From Nitrospiraceae bacterium (GTDB lineage: Bacteria; Nitrospirota; Nitrospiria; Nitrospirales; Nitrospiraceae): DNA of 64,000 nucleotides. The notes beneath the pieces were generated by a model. The model searched no databases. It worked only from the letters and a program-made list of their open reading frames with translations, and was not told the DNA's origin. Of the stretch, positions 30,851-41,429 are shown one piece after another. A program made the position numbers and the translations under genes. The DNA lies in the NCBI GenBank assembly GCA_050246315.1, contig JBFWWG010000002.1:160001-224000 (forward strand), read 5' to 3'. The number at the start of each line of letters is the position of its first letter. Position 1 is the first letter of the stretch.

Positions 30851-31869
30851 GCGGACCGCTCCTGTTGCGTGAACCGGATGAGTTTTTCCAGTTTCTCCGC
30901 CGCGGCACCGCTGTCGATGACCTTCGCCGCCTGCTGGTATCCCTCATGGAGGTTCTTGGCAAGCCCTCCCGCCACCAAGGCCGGTGCCGCGTTGAGGCAG
31001 ACCACATCGCGTTTGGGACCGCGTCTTCCCTGGAGGATGTCACGGACAATTCTCGCGTTGTCCTCGGCCATCCCCCCGGTCAGTTCCTTGAGTGGGACAC
31101 GGGTCAACCCAAAGTCTTTCGGCTCGACGAAATAACTCGACACCACGCCCCGTTTACCTTCCGCGACTCTGGTCCGGTCCGTCACGCTGATTTCGTCCAG
31201 CCCGTCCATTCCGTGCACCACGAAGCAATGTTGTGCCCCAAGGTGGACCAGCACTCGGCAGAGCATATCGGTCAGCCGTTCGTCATACACTCCGACCACC
31301 TGGACCGTCGCGCCGGCGGGATTGGTCAGCGGGCCCAGGATATTCAGAAGCGTTCGGACGCCTAGGTCCTGTCGCGGTCCGGCGCAATGTTTCATAGCCT
31401 CGTGATACAGGGGAGCAAAGAGAAAGCCGATACCCACCTCATCGATGCAGGCGGCGATCCGGTCCGGGGCGAGATCGATCCTAACTCCCAGTGCCGCCAG
31501 CACATCTGCACTCCCGCATTTGGACGACACCGACCGATTGCCATGCTTGGCCACCGTGAGGCCGGCTCCTGCCGCCACGAATGCGGCAGTGGTTGAAATA
31601 TTGAACGTGTGCGAGCGATCGCCCCCTGTGCCGCAGGTGTCCAATACCCCTTTGACGCCGATCCGGACGCGCGTGGCCTTGGCCCTCATCGCGCGCACCG
31701 CGCCGGCGATCTCTTCCATGGTTTCACCCTTGACCCGAAGCCCCATCAGAAACCCGGAAACCTGGGCGGGGGTCGCCTGCCCCTCCATGATTTCCAGCAT
31801 GACCTCCTCCGTTTCCTTTTCTGAGAGGTCGCCGCGGTCCGCAAGCTTGGCGATGGCTGCTTTGATCAT
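30847..31869 (-). CDS. trpD: Anthranilate phosphoribosyltransferase
   Basis: DTCGTGGD, KHGNRSVSS. Confidence 0.97.
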   Translation of the reverse strand: MIKAAIAKLADRGDLSEKETEEVMLEIMEGQATPAQVSGFLMGLRVKGETMEEIAGAVRAMRAKATRVRIGVKGVLDTCGTGGDRSHTFNISTTAAFVAAGAGLTVAKHGNRSVSSKCGSADVLAALGVRIDLAPDRIAACIDEVGIGFLFAPLYHEAMKHCAGPRQDLGVRTLLNILGPLTNPAGATVQVVGVYDERLTDMLCRVLVHLGAQHCFVVHGMDGLDEISVTDRTRVAEGKRGVVSSYFVEPKDFGLTRVPLKELTGGMAEDNARIVRDILQGRRGPKRDVVCLNAAPALVAGGLAKNLHEGYQQAAKVIDSGAAAEKLEKLIRFTQQERSA

Positions 31870-31907
31870 GTCCGGGTCACCGGCTGGGAGGAAGACATGG
31901 GGCGGGC

Positions 31908-32471
31908 TTACAACTTCAGAAAATTCCGGAGGAGGTCCTTGCCGGAGATCGTGAGGATCGATTCCGGGTGGAACTGCACACCCTCGACCCCCAACGTCCT
32001 GTGCCGCATCCCCATGATTTCGCCCTCCGCGGTTTCGGCGGTGATCTCAAGACAAGCGGGCAGGTTTGTCCGGTTCACGATGAGGGAATGGTAACGGGTG
32101 GCTTCAAAGGGATTGGGAAGACCGCGGTAAATCGATTTTCCATCATGCTGCACCAAGGATGTCTTCCCGTGCATCAGCCGTGGGGCCCGGATGACCTCGC
32201 CTCCGTAAGCGACTGCCAAGGATTGATGACCCAGACAGACGCCGAGCAACGGCAGCAGGCCGGAGAACCGGCGGATGGTCTCGATCGACACGCCCGCCTC
32301 CTTCGGTGTACAGGGGCCCGGCGAAATGACGATGCGGGCCGGCTTGAGCTTCTCGATCTCTTCGACCGTTATCTTGTCGTTCCGATAAACCTGGACCTCT
32401 TCGCCGAGCTCGCCGAAGTATTGCACCAGGTTATACGTAAATGAATCGTAGTTGTCGATCATCAAGAGCAT
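31908..32471 (-). CDS. trpG: Anthranilate synthase component II
   Basis: [24 protein letters not shown]. Confidence 0.96.
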   Translation of the reverse strand: MLLMIDNYDSFTYNLVQYFGELGEEVQVYRNDKITVEEIEKLKPARIVISPGPCTPKEAGVSIETIRRFSGLLPLLGVCLGHQSLAVAYGGEVIRAPRLMHGKTSLVQHDGKSIYRGLPNPFEATRYHSLIVNRTNLPACLEITAETAEGEIMGMRHRTLGVEGVQFHPESILTISGKDLLRNFLKL

Positions 32472-32574
32472 GGTTGAACTCGCCATTCGTCAACAATCAC
32501 TCGCCGTTCGAACAGCCGAACAGCAGATTCGTCTCCGCCGCATGACGATTGACGCGTGACCATTGACGCCGTTC

Positions 32575-34071
32575 TCATTCCAATCCCCGCTCCGCCATCT
32601 CGATCGCCTTCATCATGGCCCGTGCCTTATTGCAGGTCTCCTGATATTCGTGCTCCGGCTGCGAATCAGCCACGATACCCGCTCCAGCCTGGATGTAGGC
32701 CTGCCGGCCCTTCAGCACCACAGTGCGGATGTTGATGCACATGTCCATGTTCCCGCCGAAGCTGAAATAGCCGACGGCTCCGGCGTAGGGGCCGCGCCTG
32801 GTCGGTTCGAGCTCCTCGATGATCTGCATGGCCCGAATCTTTGGCGCGCCCGACACAGTCCCGGCGGGGAAGCAGGCGCGAAAGACGTCGTAGGCGTCTT
32901 TTCCATCCTGAAGCTGCCCTCGGACGTGCGACACAATGTGCATGACGTGGGAGTACCGCTCCACCTGCATCAGCGATTCCACGGTCACCGAACCCTGGAC
33001 CGCGACACGCCCGACATCGTTCCGGCCCAGATCCACCAGCATGACGTGCTCCGCACGCTCCTTTTCGTCCCGTAGCAGCTCCCGCTCCAGCTCACGGTCC
33101 TCCTCCGTGGACTTGCCTCTGCGTCTCGTTCCAGCGATGGGCCGGACCGCGATGTGCCCGTCCTCGCAGCGCACGAGGATTTCAGGGGAAGAGCCCACCA
33201 ACTCGACCTCGCCGATGCGGAGATAATACATGTAGGGAGACGGATTGATCGCGCGTAAGGCGCGGTACAACTCAAAAGGCTTGGTCTGTAAATGAGTTTC
33301 CCACCGTTGCGAGACGACCCCCTGTACGATATCGCCGGCTTGAATATAGTCTTTGGTGCGGACCACGAGTTTTTCGAAGTCGGCACGGCTCAAGTTCGGC
33401 GTGAAGCTGATCGGCGTACGGCGGGTTTTGGGCTGGTCGCGTCTGAGCGGACGTCGCAGCCGCGCGATGATTCCTTCGATTCGAGCCGTGGCGTCCTTGT
33501 AGGCATCTCGAACGACCGATTCCTTGGCCGAATCCACATGGGCATTCGCCACGACTTTGATCGTCTGTGTGACTCGATCGAAGATGACCAGCGTATCCGT
33601 AATCAGAAACGCGAAGTCGGGGACCTCGATGCCCTCCTTGCGCCTGAACCCAATGTCTTCGAAACAACGGACGGTATCATAGCCGACGTAGCCCACGGCG
33701 CCGCCCACGAACCGAGGCAACCCGGAGACGGTTACAGGACGATAGGCGGCCATATATTCCCGGAGCCTGGCCAGCGGATCTCCGTTGGCCGGAATGCGGC
33801 GTGTCAGTTTACCCTGTCGGACGATCAGGTCGTCGCGATCCTGGACGATGGTCACCGGCGAGCCGGATCCGAGAAACGAGTAGCGCCCCCAATGCTCACC
33901 GCCCTCGACGCTCTCCAGGAGGTAGGCGGAGGGGCCGTGGTCGATCTTGGCAAAGGCTGATACGGGCGTTTCGAAATCGGCGAGAATTTCCCGATAGAGC
34001 GGGATCAGGTTACCCTGTCGCGCCACGGTCCGGAATTCGTCGAGACTGAGTGAATAGGGCGCTTTCTGCAT
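32575..34071 (-). CDS. trpE: Anthranilate synthase component I
   Basis: LLESVEG, NPSPYM, EHVMLVDLGRND, PAGTVSGAPK. Confidence 0.97.
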   Translation of the reverse strand: MQKAPYSLSLDEFRTVARQGNLIPLYREILADFETPVSAFAKIDHGPSAYLLESVEGGEHWGRYSFLGSGSPVTIVQDRDDLIVRQGKLTRRIPANGDPLARLREYMAAYRPVTVSGLPRFVGGAVGYVGYDTVRCFEDIGFRRKEGIEVPDFAFLITDTLVIFDRVTQTIKVVANAHVDSAKESVVRDAYKDATARIEGIIARLRRPLRRDQPKTRRTPISFTPNLSRADFEKLVVRTKDYIQAGDIVQGVVSQRWETHLQTKPFELYRALRAINPSPYMYYLRIGEVELVGSSPEILVRCEDGHIAVRPIAGTRRRGKSTEEDRELERELLRDEKERAEHVMLVDLGRNDVGRVAVQGSVTVESLMQVERYSHVMHIVSHVRGQLQDGKDAYDVFRACFPAGTVSGAPKIRAMQIIEELEPTRRGPYAGAVGYFSFGGNMDMCINIRTVVLKGRQAYIQAGAGIVADSQPEHEYQETCNKARAMMKAIEMAERGLE

Positions 34072-34099
34072 ACCTCGACCATTGTGTGATGTGACGGCG

Positions 34100-34708
34100 C
34101 TATTCCATGCCGACGATGAGTTTCTGTCCGACTTCGATAATATCGTCCTGGAGACGATTCCATTCGCGGATCTTCGCCACAGACGTCCCGTATTTGCGGC
34201 TCAAGCGGAAGACGGTATCGCCGGGCTTGACCACATGCTGGACCGTCTTGCGGTCCGTCATGGCCAGCGCGCCGTCGGTCATCAAGGGGTCGGGGATCTC
34301 CGGTGCTTTGGCCATTGATTCCTCTAACGGAGGAAGCATCTCGGCAGGTTTGGCCTTGCTCAGAGTCTGCGACGGGATCCGTTTCATCTGCGACTGAGCC
34401 TTTTCCTGCAAGGCCATCGCCTCCCGCAATGAATCCGTCTCTTCCTGAGTCCGGGCCAATTGTTCGCGAACCGCCTGAACCTGCGCGCTCAGCTCGCGGT
34501 TGCGTGCCTCATAATCGGCCGCGTCCCGCTTCACTCGCTTGACCTCACTATCGAGTTCGGCCGTCCGCTTTTCCTCCTGGGCCAGCAGGCGCTGAAAATT
34601 CAAGCTCCGCGCCTTTTCCGCCTCGTAGGTCTCCTTGAATACGCACCCAGTGGTTGCCAGGAACAGACCCGTCATCATCAGGGCGCATCCGATCTTGATT
34701 ACTGCCAT
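34100..34708 (-). CDS. Coiled-coil lipoprotein with C-terminal LysM domain
   Basis: Lipobox TTGC; HVVKPGDTVFRLSRKYG LysM. Confidence 0.88.
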   Translation of the reverse strand: MAVIKIGCALMMTGLFLATTGCVFKETYEAEKARSLNFQRLLAQEEKRTAELDSEVKRVKRDAADYEARNRELSAQVQAVREQLARTQEETDSLREAMALQEKAQSQMKRIPSQTLSKAKPAEMLPPLEESMAKAPEIPDPLMTDGALAMTDRKTVQHVVKPGDTVFRLSRKYGTSVAKIREWNRLQDDIIEVGQKLIVGME

Positions 34709-34911
34709 GCGAGCACCTGTCCTTTCTCTGATGTCCTCCACCGCATCACGGTTGAGAGGATCGCTACAGAATAGTGGGCGGATCGTCGAAAGTCAAAGCG
34801 ATGAGCGCGGTCCCGCCATCGTCCTAGCCCGTTTGACCCCTCGCAGCCCCTATGGTACGGTCCCAACCGTCAGCCCTCGAACAAGCCCATGTTTCCTCGC
34901 TTCATAATCAT

Positions 34912-35017
34912 CTAGGGAAGGTCTGAATAATTCCCAATTTCGATTGGTAGGTGTACAAAAGACGGGAAATCTGGCGGATCGCGGCCTAGGATTTTGAATT
35001 GATCAGACCTTCCCTAG
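34912..35017. mobile_element. 98-bp IS5-family MITE with CTAG target duplication
   Basis: CTAG-GGAAGGTCTGAATAATTC ... GAATTGATCAGACCTTCC-CTAG (20/22 inverted match); ends resemble IS5 GGAAGGTGCGAATAA. Confidence 0.85.
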
Positions 35018-35021
35018 CCTG

Positions 35022-35963
35022 ATGACCGTATCGAACGACCGCACACGAATCGTTGAAGGCGTCACCCTTCATCTGGCCCAACCCCTGTTCCGCGAACAGC
35101 AGTGGATCGGCGAGCGGGACGTCCTGAAACAACTGCTGGCCTGTTGGCTGGTCGTGGATCCGAAAGACCTGCCCCTGTCTCCGCGGCTGACGGGACCGCC
35201 CGGCATCGGCAAGACCACGCTTGCTATGAGCGCGGCCAAAGAACGCAAGCAGCAGGTCTTCGTGTACCAGTGTACGGCTGACACGAGGCCGGAGGACTTG
35301 TTGGTGACGCCGGTCCTGGCGGAGTCCGGCGCCATCGCGTACCATGCCTCTCCCCTCGTGACCGCCATGCTCATCGGAGCCGTCTGCGTGTTGGATGAAG
35401 GCAACCGGATGAACGAGAAGAGCTGGGCTTCGCTCGCACCATTACTCGATCACCGCCGCTGCGTCGAATCGATCGTGGCGGGGATCCTGATCCCGGCACA
35501 CGACGACTTCCGTTGTTGCGTGACCATGAACGAGGACGCATCCACCTACGAGGTACCGGATTATATCCTCTCCCGTCTGCAACCGACGTTGCGGTTGGGA
35601 TTTCCCCGCCGTGAGGATGAGTTGGCCATCCTCCGATACCATCTGCCGTTCGCACCGGCTGATCTTCTGTCGATGACTGTGGATTTCTTGCAGCAGGCCC
35701 ATCACTTGAATCTGGAATACTCCGTCCGAGACGGCATCCATCTGCTGCAATACGCGATCAAGCGCCTGGCTCAGGATCCCGGCCATCCCCTGTCCAAGGA
35801 TGCGGCTTGGAGCGAAGCCCTCGTGATGGTCCTGGGCGAGGACGCCCGTGACCTGCAAGGGCAGGCCAAGCGGCGGCACCGCGCACTGGGCGAACAACCA
35901 CTGCCCCGCGGCATGGGAGACTTCTTCTTCGAGAGCGACGACCCCCTGCACCCTGATCGATAA
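35022..35963 (+). CDS. MoxR-family AAA+ ATPase
   Basis: Walker A GPPGIGKT, Walker B VLDEGNR, sensor TMN, SRL arginine finger. Confidence 0.92.
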   Translation: MTVSNDRTRIVEGVTLHLAQPLFREQQWIGERDVLKQLLACWLVVDPKDLPLSPRLTGPPGIGKTTLAMSAAKERKQQVFVYQCTADTRPEDLLVTPVLAESGAIAYHASPLVTAMLIGAVCVLDEGNRMNEKSWASLAPLLDHRRCVESIVAGILIPAHDDFRCCVTMNEDASTYEVPDYILSRLQPTLRLGFPRREDELAILRYHLPFAPADLLSMTVDFLQQAHHLNLEYSVRDGIHLLQYAIKRLAQDPGHPLSKDAAWSEALVMVLGEDARDLQGQAKRRHRALGEQPLPRGMGDFFFESDDPLHPDR

Positions 35964-35972
35964 GTCCGTCCG

Positions 35973-38033
35973 ATGTCTTTCGCGAGCGATACGACCGAGC
36001 GGGCGTTACGCCTCTCTGGCAGGATCACGCTGCTCCCCCTCGTGCATGGCAGCGGCGATATGGCTCAGGAAGTCCGGGAAACCCTGATCATGCGCCGGTG
36101 GGATTGTCTCGCCGTTCCGCTGCCCCCTTCCGCGGCGGATGCCGTAGAGACCGGCCTTTCCGAATTGCCTGCCGTTCATCTGGCAGTTGTCGAAGAGCCC
36201 CTTGGAGACGCGGGAACGGCCGACGCCTTCGGGTCAGCCGTCAGTTTCATCCCGATCGATCCTTGTCAGGGCGTCGTCATGGGGCTCCGCGTCGCGATCG
36301 GCGAAGGGATTCCCTGCGAGTACATCGATCGGGAGGTGACGATTTTTGAGCCCGAATCGATAGCGGCTCCGGATCCCTATGCGCTCAAGACCGTGTCGCT
36401 CGCGGCCTATGCCGCCTCATTGGTGGCGGTATCGCCCAGACCGGAGCCGGGCAGCCAGCGGGCGCAGCGGATTGCCTGGATGGCCTTTCGACTGCACGAA
36501 CTGGAACTTGAGTACAGCGATATGCTCTGCCTCTGCTCGGTGGCCGACTGGCCGTGGCTGCGAGAGGCCTATCTGGAGCGGAGCCCCTACCTCCCTCCGG
36601 AAGCTCCGACCACGACATGGACGGTGCATCCCGTCTCGCAGGATACGTTGTATTTTGTGCTGGGTGAACTGCCCTTCCTCACCGAATTGTACGAGCGGCG
36701 CCGAGCCGATATGCGCTCCGACCGCCACCTCGCGATTGATGGGTTGAAGGAACTCTTGCTGGAAACGAGGTCCCGCTGGATGGCCTCCAGACCGGCCGGG
36801 GTCGAGACGGTCACCAATTGGGTCACGCCGCAACTTCTTCAAGTCTATCTGCAATATGTCCGCAACCTGGCCCTGCTCGATCGACGGTTGACGCCGGACC
36901 TGTACACCCTCGTGCTCGCAGCCAAACAGATCGCCGGCGATGAGTTCGCCATCCAACTGCTGGAGACTGCGAAGCACTATGCGTTCCAATCGGAATCAGA
37001 GACAAGGTGGCGCGGCAGCATCGACGCAGGCATCGACCGCCTCATCCTGCCTGACGGACGCCTCGCGAAGGCCAAGAATCGACTGGCAGGGATGCCGTTG
37101 ATCTGGCGAAGCCTGTCGCTTCGTCCGGTTCCCAAGCAGATCGACAGCCGCCGGTGGGGCTTGCGCTGGGATCCCTTTCGCCAATGCTCTTGGCCTCCGG
37201 AAGATCAAAAGATTGAAAGTTTCGCCAGCCATGTCCGTGACCAGGCCCGAGCTCTCATGGGAGCCGACCTAGCCAAGGTTGATAAGTTCACCACCTCCTT
37301 GAAGGATGGCATTGATCTCCGGGAAAGCCTGAGAAATTGGACCAGTCGCCGCGGGCATAGCGGCGGCGCCGCCATGGTCCATGCTCCACGGCCAAACCGA
37401 CAGGCTGGACATCGCACCGCCGACCCTGCCTCAGGCCGGATCCAATCGGCGCCGGCCATCCTCTCGTCACAACCGGATCAACTGCATCGACCGGATCACC
37501 CGCATCGGATGGACATCTACGTCAAAGAAGTACCGCCAGCTCGCGGGCAAGTGGAAATCGTCGTCTTTCTCTTCGCGACGCCGGCCGACCCGGATTCCTA
37601 TACATGGAAAGCAACCTGGTATGCCGAACATCAACGGGAATCCACCCTCTGTTTTTTCGCCACCGACTTTCTTGAACACATGATCGGTCCCGGCATCGCC
37701 CAGTCGAAATATGGCGGTGCCCTGTTCTTGTACCCGCCCCGACCGATCCCGGACATCTGGACCGATCGTCGGCTCGATGGAACCACCGCCCTGGAGGACC
37801 GACTGATCGCCGCCGCGGCGATGCACTCGCGCGAAACGCACATCGCCCTGGTCTCCCCATTGCCTCCATCGGCCCGCTGGCGCAGGATCGCGCGGCACTT
37901 CAACCGCCGCCTGCTTCCGATTCCGTTGGGTCGTTTCAGTGCGCAGACCATCGATCGGCTGCGCACCTTCCATGTGCTGAACGGCCATGAGGTTCGGAGT
38001 TACGCCTCCCGCTTCATCAGGGAAATACGATGA
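35973..38033 (+). CDS. Uncharacterised MoxR-associated protein (686 aa)
   Basis: Long coding-like ORF 9 bp after MoxR, ATGA overlap with ligA; GIDLRESLR motif. Confidence 0.85.
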   Translation: MSFASDTTERALRLSGRITLLPLVHGSGDMAQEVRETLIMRRWDCLAVPLPPSAADAVETGLSELPAVHLAVVEEPLGDAGTADAFGSAVSFIPIDPCQGVVMGLRVAIGEGIPCEYIDREVTIFEPESIAAPDPYALKTVSLAAYAASLVAVSPRPEPGSQRAQRIAWMAFRLHELELEYSDMLCLCSVADWPWLREAYLERSPYLPPEAPTTTWTVHPVSQDTLYFVLGELPFLTELYERRRADMRSDRHLAIDGLKELLLETRSRWMASRPAGVETVTNWVTPQLLQVYLQYVRNLALLDRRLTPDLYTLVLAAKQIAGDEFAIQLLETAKHYAFQSESETRWRGSIDAGIDRLILPDGRLAKAKNRLAGMPLIWRSLSLRPVPKQIDSRRWGLRWDPFRQCSWPPEDQKIESFASHVRDQARALMGADLAKVDKFTTSLKDGIDLRESLRNWTSRRGHSGGAAMVHAPRPNRQAGHRTADPASGRIQSAPAILSSQPDQLHRPDHPHRMDIYVKEVPPARGQVEIVVFLFATPADPDSYTWKATWYAEHQRESTLCFFATDFLEHMIGPGIAQSKYGGALFLYPPRPIPDIWTDRRLDGTTALEDRLIAAAAMHSRETHIALVSPLPPSARWRRIARHFNRRLLPIPLGRFSAQTIDRLRTFHVLNGHEVRSYASRFIREIR

Positions 38034-40066
38034 CGACGCCGCCCGATATCCGCAGCCGAATCGCATCGCTTCGGAACGAGATTCGCCACCACGACTACCT
38101 GTACTACGTGAAGGATCGCCCGGTGGTTTCGGATACGGAATACGATCGGCTGTTTCGAGCGCTCCAGGAGCTGGAGGCGACGTACCCCGAGCTGGTCACG
38201 GCCGACTCCCCCACCCAGCGGGTCGGCGGCCATCCGCAGGCCGAACTTCAAAAAGTAGCACACGAGCGTCCCATGCTGAGCCTGGATTCCATCACCAGCG
38301 TGGAGGAGGTCTATGCATTCGACAAGCGAGTCAAGCGGGACCTCGACCTCGATCGGGTGGACTATACGGCCGAACCGAAGTTCGACGGTTTGTCGATCGA
38401 GCTGGTTTACCACGAAGGGCGTTTTGTCAGAGGGGCTACGAGAGGCGACGGAACGATCGGCGAGGACGTGACCGTCAATTTGCGCACGCTGCGGTCGGTG
38501 CCGCTCCAGTTGCGGAGTGAAGCGGAACCGCCGACCCATCTGGCGGTCCGCGGCGAGGTCTATATGCGCCTTGACGACTTTCAAGCGCTGAACCGCCGGA
38601 TCACGGAACGGGGGGAAGAGGCCTTTGCCAATCCGCGTAACGCGGCAGCCGGTTCTCTGCGACAATTGGATTCCCGCAAGACGGCTGAGCGCCCGTTGGT
38701 CCTCACCTGTTACGAGATCATGGTTCAATCCGGAGGACCTTCCCCCACCCATTGGGACGAACTCGACGCTTTGGCAGAATGGGGTCTACCGATCCCGTTT
38801 CAACGACGACGCTGCCCGACCATCGATGAAGTTGTCGCGTTTCACCGAGAGATGGAAGCTCACCGGGATGCCTTGCCGTTCGAGATCGACGGCATGGTTG
38901 TGAAGTTGGATCGCCGCGTTTGGCAAGAGACGCTTGGCGCCAAGTCCCGCAGTCCCAGATGGGCCATCGCCTTCAAGTTTCCCGCACGAAAGGAAATCAC
39001 CGTCGTGCAGGATATCGTGGTGTCTGTCGGCCGCACCGGCACCCTGACTCCCTTGGCCCTGCTCAAACCGGTTGAGGTCGGGGGGGTGACGATCAGCCGA
39101 GCGACCCTGCACAACGCCGACGAGGTCGCCCGCAAAGACATTCGAGTGGGCGACCAGGTGAAGGTGGAGCGGGCCGGAGATGTGATACCCGCCATCGCCG
39201 AGCGGGTGCCGGTGCCGGGCGAAGAACGGTCGGAGCCCTTCCACATGCCACACGACTGTCCGGTCTGCGGCTCGTCCGTTGCCCGCGAAGGGGCCTACTA
39301 TTACTGCACCGGCCAGGCCGTGTGCGAAGCCCAACTCAAGGGCTCGATTCAGCACTTTGCCGCCAAGGGGGCCGTGGACATCGATGGGATGGGCGAGAAA
39401 ACGGTCGCGCAATTGATCGACAAAGGGTTGGTCCATGATATCGCAGACCTGTTCCGACTGACCAAGGACCACCTGCTCACCTTGGATGGTTTTGCCGACC
39501 GCTCCGCTTCGCTCCTGCTGGACGCGATCGAGCGGCGGCGGACCATTCCCCTCGATCGCTTCCTGATGGGCCTCGGCATTCGCCAGGTGGGTCAGCATAT
39601 TGCCCGCGTGCTGGCCGATCATTTCGGGAACCTGGAAGACCTGATGGTCGCCTCGCCGGAGCAGCTCCTGGAGATTCACGAGGTCGGCCCGGAGATCTCC
39701 CGAAGCGTCGCCTTGTTCTTTCAGGAAGAGCGAAACCAGGCGGTCATCCGCAGACTGGAGGAATCGGGCGTTCGCATTGAGGCCAAGTCTCGGAAAGGAT
39801 CCGCACTGGCCGCCGACCTTCCGTTCACGGAGAAGACCGTGGTCTTCACCGGGGGGCTTGAACGATGGAGCAGAGAGGCGGCGAAACGGCGCGTCGAGGA
39901 ACTTGGCGGCCGTGTCAGCTCAAGCGTCAGCAAAAAGACCGACTATCTCGTCGCCGGCCGCGAGGCCGGCTCCAAGTTGGCCGAAGCCCAGCGTTTGGGT
40001 GTGCGCATCCTGACTGAAGAGGAGTTCGAGGAATTGGCAGGGAAGGTGGAGCGACCGGAAGGGTAG
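38030..40066 (+). CDS. ligA: NAD-dependent DNA ligase
   Basis: EPKFDG adenylation motif, Zn finger CPVC, HhH, BRCT. Confidence 0.98.
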   Translation: MTTPPDIRSRIASLRNEIRHHDYLYYVKDRPVVSDTEYDRLFRALQELEATYPELVTADSPTQRVGGHPQAELQKVAHERPMLSLDSITSVEEVYAFDKRVKRDLDLDRVDYTAEPKFDGLSIELVYHEGRFVRGATRGDGTIGEDVTVNLRTLRSVPLQLRSEAEPPTHLAVRGEVYMRLDDFQALNRRITERGEEAFANPRNAAAGSLRQLDSRKTAERPLVLTCYEIMVQSGGPSPTHWDELDALAEWGLPIPFQRRRCPTIDEVVAFHREMEAHRDALPFEIDGMVVKLDRRVWQETLGAKSRSPRWAIAFKFPARKEITVVQDIVVSVGRTGTLTPLALLKPVEVGGVTISRATLHNADEVARKDIRVGDQVKVERAGDVIPAIAERVPVPGEERSEPFHMPHDCPVCGSSVAREGAYYYCTGQAVCEAQLKGSIQHFAAKGAVDIDGMGEKTVAQLIDKGLVHDIADLFRLTKDHLLTLDGFADRSASLLLDAIERRRTIPLDRFLMGLGIRQVGQHIARVLADHFGNLEDLMVASPEQLLEIHEVGPEISRSVALFFQEERNQAVIRRLEESGVRIEAKSRKGSALAADLPFTEKTVVFTGGLERWSREAAKRRVEELGGRVSSSVSKKTDYLVAGREAGSKLAEAQRLGVRILTEEEFEELAGKVERPEG

Positions 40067-40085
40067 CGCTCGGTCCAAAAGCCCC

Positions 40086-40104
40086 CCGCAGCAACATGCT
40101 GCGG
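40086..40104. terminator. Hairpin between convergent genes
   Basis: CCGCAGCA-ACA-TGCTGCGG 8-bp stem; no clear U-tract. Confidence 0.4.
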
Positions 40105-40133
40105 AGTGAGCAGGTCTGAACGAGGCACGAAGG

Positions 40134-41429
40134 TTACGAGGCCTGCACATTGGCCGGATCGAGAGCCGGCGCCGGTTTTTCTTCCTTGATGATCTGCACC
40201 CGTTTGATGGATCGTTGATCCGCTTCCTGTACGATCAACCGACAATCGTTGAGCATCACCTCTTCTCCGGTCGCCGGAATTCGCCCTAAATGCTCTTGGA
40301 TCAGCCCGCTGATCGTATTGGCCTCCTCGTCCAGATCCAGCTTGAGGAATTCGTTGATCCGGCGCACTTCCGTGCGGCCATGGACCAGAAGCTGATTTTT
40401 GGCCACACGCTTGATCAGCTCCTCGCTCTGGTCGGTCTCATCCAGGATGTCGCCCACCACCTCCTCGAGAATATCCTCAAGGGTCACGACCCCCGCAAAC
40501 CCGCCGAACTCGTTGACCACGATCGCCATGTGCCGCTTTTCCTGCTGAAATTGCTTCATCAGTTCGTCGGCTGTCTTCCTGGTCGGCACAAACAGCGGAG
40601 GCTGCGCGATGTCCTTGAGCCGGAGTTGAGAGTTGCCCCTGGCCAGCTCCGTCAGGGCCTTGCTCTTGTAGATCATGCCGATAATGTTGTCCAGGTTACC
40701 ATCGTAGAGAGGGATCCTGGAGTACTTCGACCGAAAGAGTTGCTCCTGTACCTCCGCCAGCCGGACATTGGCATCCAGCGCAAAGACGAATTGTCTCGGG
40801 GTCATGGCATGTTCGGCCGTCAGGTCATTGAGCTGGAACACACGGTTGATCATTCTGGCCTCATGGCTCTCGATCATGCCGGACTTACTCCCGACATCGA
40901 GCATGATTTTCAGCTCTTCTTCCGTCACGAACGGAACCGTGAGACCCTTTCCGCCCGTAACCTTGTCGATAAGCGGTTCCAGCACATAGAGCAGCGGCTT
41001 GAGGCCCTGTTGGATCCAGTAAACGGGATAGGCCATGTTGAGGGCCACATGGACCGCGTACTTCGCGGCCAAAGTCTTGGGGACGACGTCTCCAAAAATC
41101 ATCAAGACGAACGTCAGTGCGCCTAGTGCGACCGCCAAGGCTTGGGTCAGCCCTTCGATCACCCCGCTGAAGGCGTGAGCGTCGAACATCCTGATAATCA
41201 ACAGGGTCGTATAGGAGGGGACCAGCGCGTTGACCAGGTTGTCTCCGACCATAATCGTGGACAGGAGCCGTTGGGGATTCTGTCTGAGGCAGAGGGCCAT
41301 GCGAGCCCGCTTGCTTCCGGCCTCGTCCATGGCACGCAGACGGGTCTCATTGACCGCAAAAAAGCCGATTTCCGCCGCGGAAATAATGGCCGACAATAGA
41401 ATTAGGACGAGGAGAACAAACGCATCCAT
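40134..41429 (-). CDS. CNNM/CBS/CorC (hemolysin-family) Mg2+/Co2+ transporter-like protein
   Basis: SAAEIG, FGDVVPK, YSRIP, EDILEEVVGDI. Confidence 0.93.
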   Translation of the reverse strand: MDAFVLLVLILLSAIISAAEIGFFAVNETRLRAMDEAGSKRARMALCLRQNPQRLLSTIMVGDNLVNALVPSYTTLLIIRMFDAHAFSGVIEGLTQALAVALGALTFVLMIFGDVVPKTLAAKYAVHVALNMAYPVYWIQQGLKPLLYVLEPLIDKVTGGKGLTVPFVTEEELKIMLDVGSKSGMIESHEARMINRVFQLNDLTAEHAMTPRQFVFALDANVRLAEVQEQLFRSKYSRIPLYDGNLDNIIGMIYKSKALTELARGNSQLRLKDIAQPPLFVPTRKTADELMKQFQQEKRHMAIVVNEFGGFAGVVTLEDILEEVVGDILDETDQSEELIKRVAKNQLLVHGRTEVRRINEFLKLDLDEEANTISGLIQEHLGRIPATGEEVMLNDCRLIVQEADQRSIKRVQIIKEEKPAPALDPANVQAS

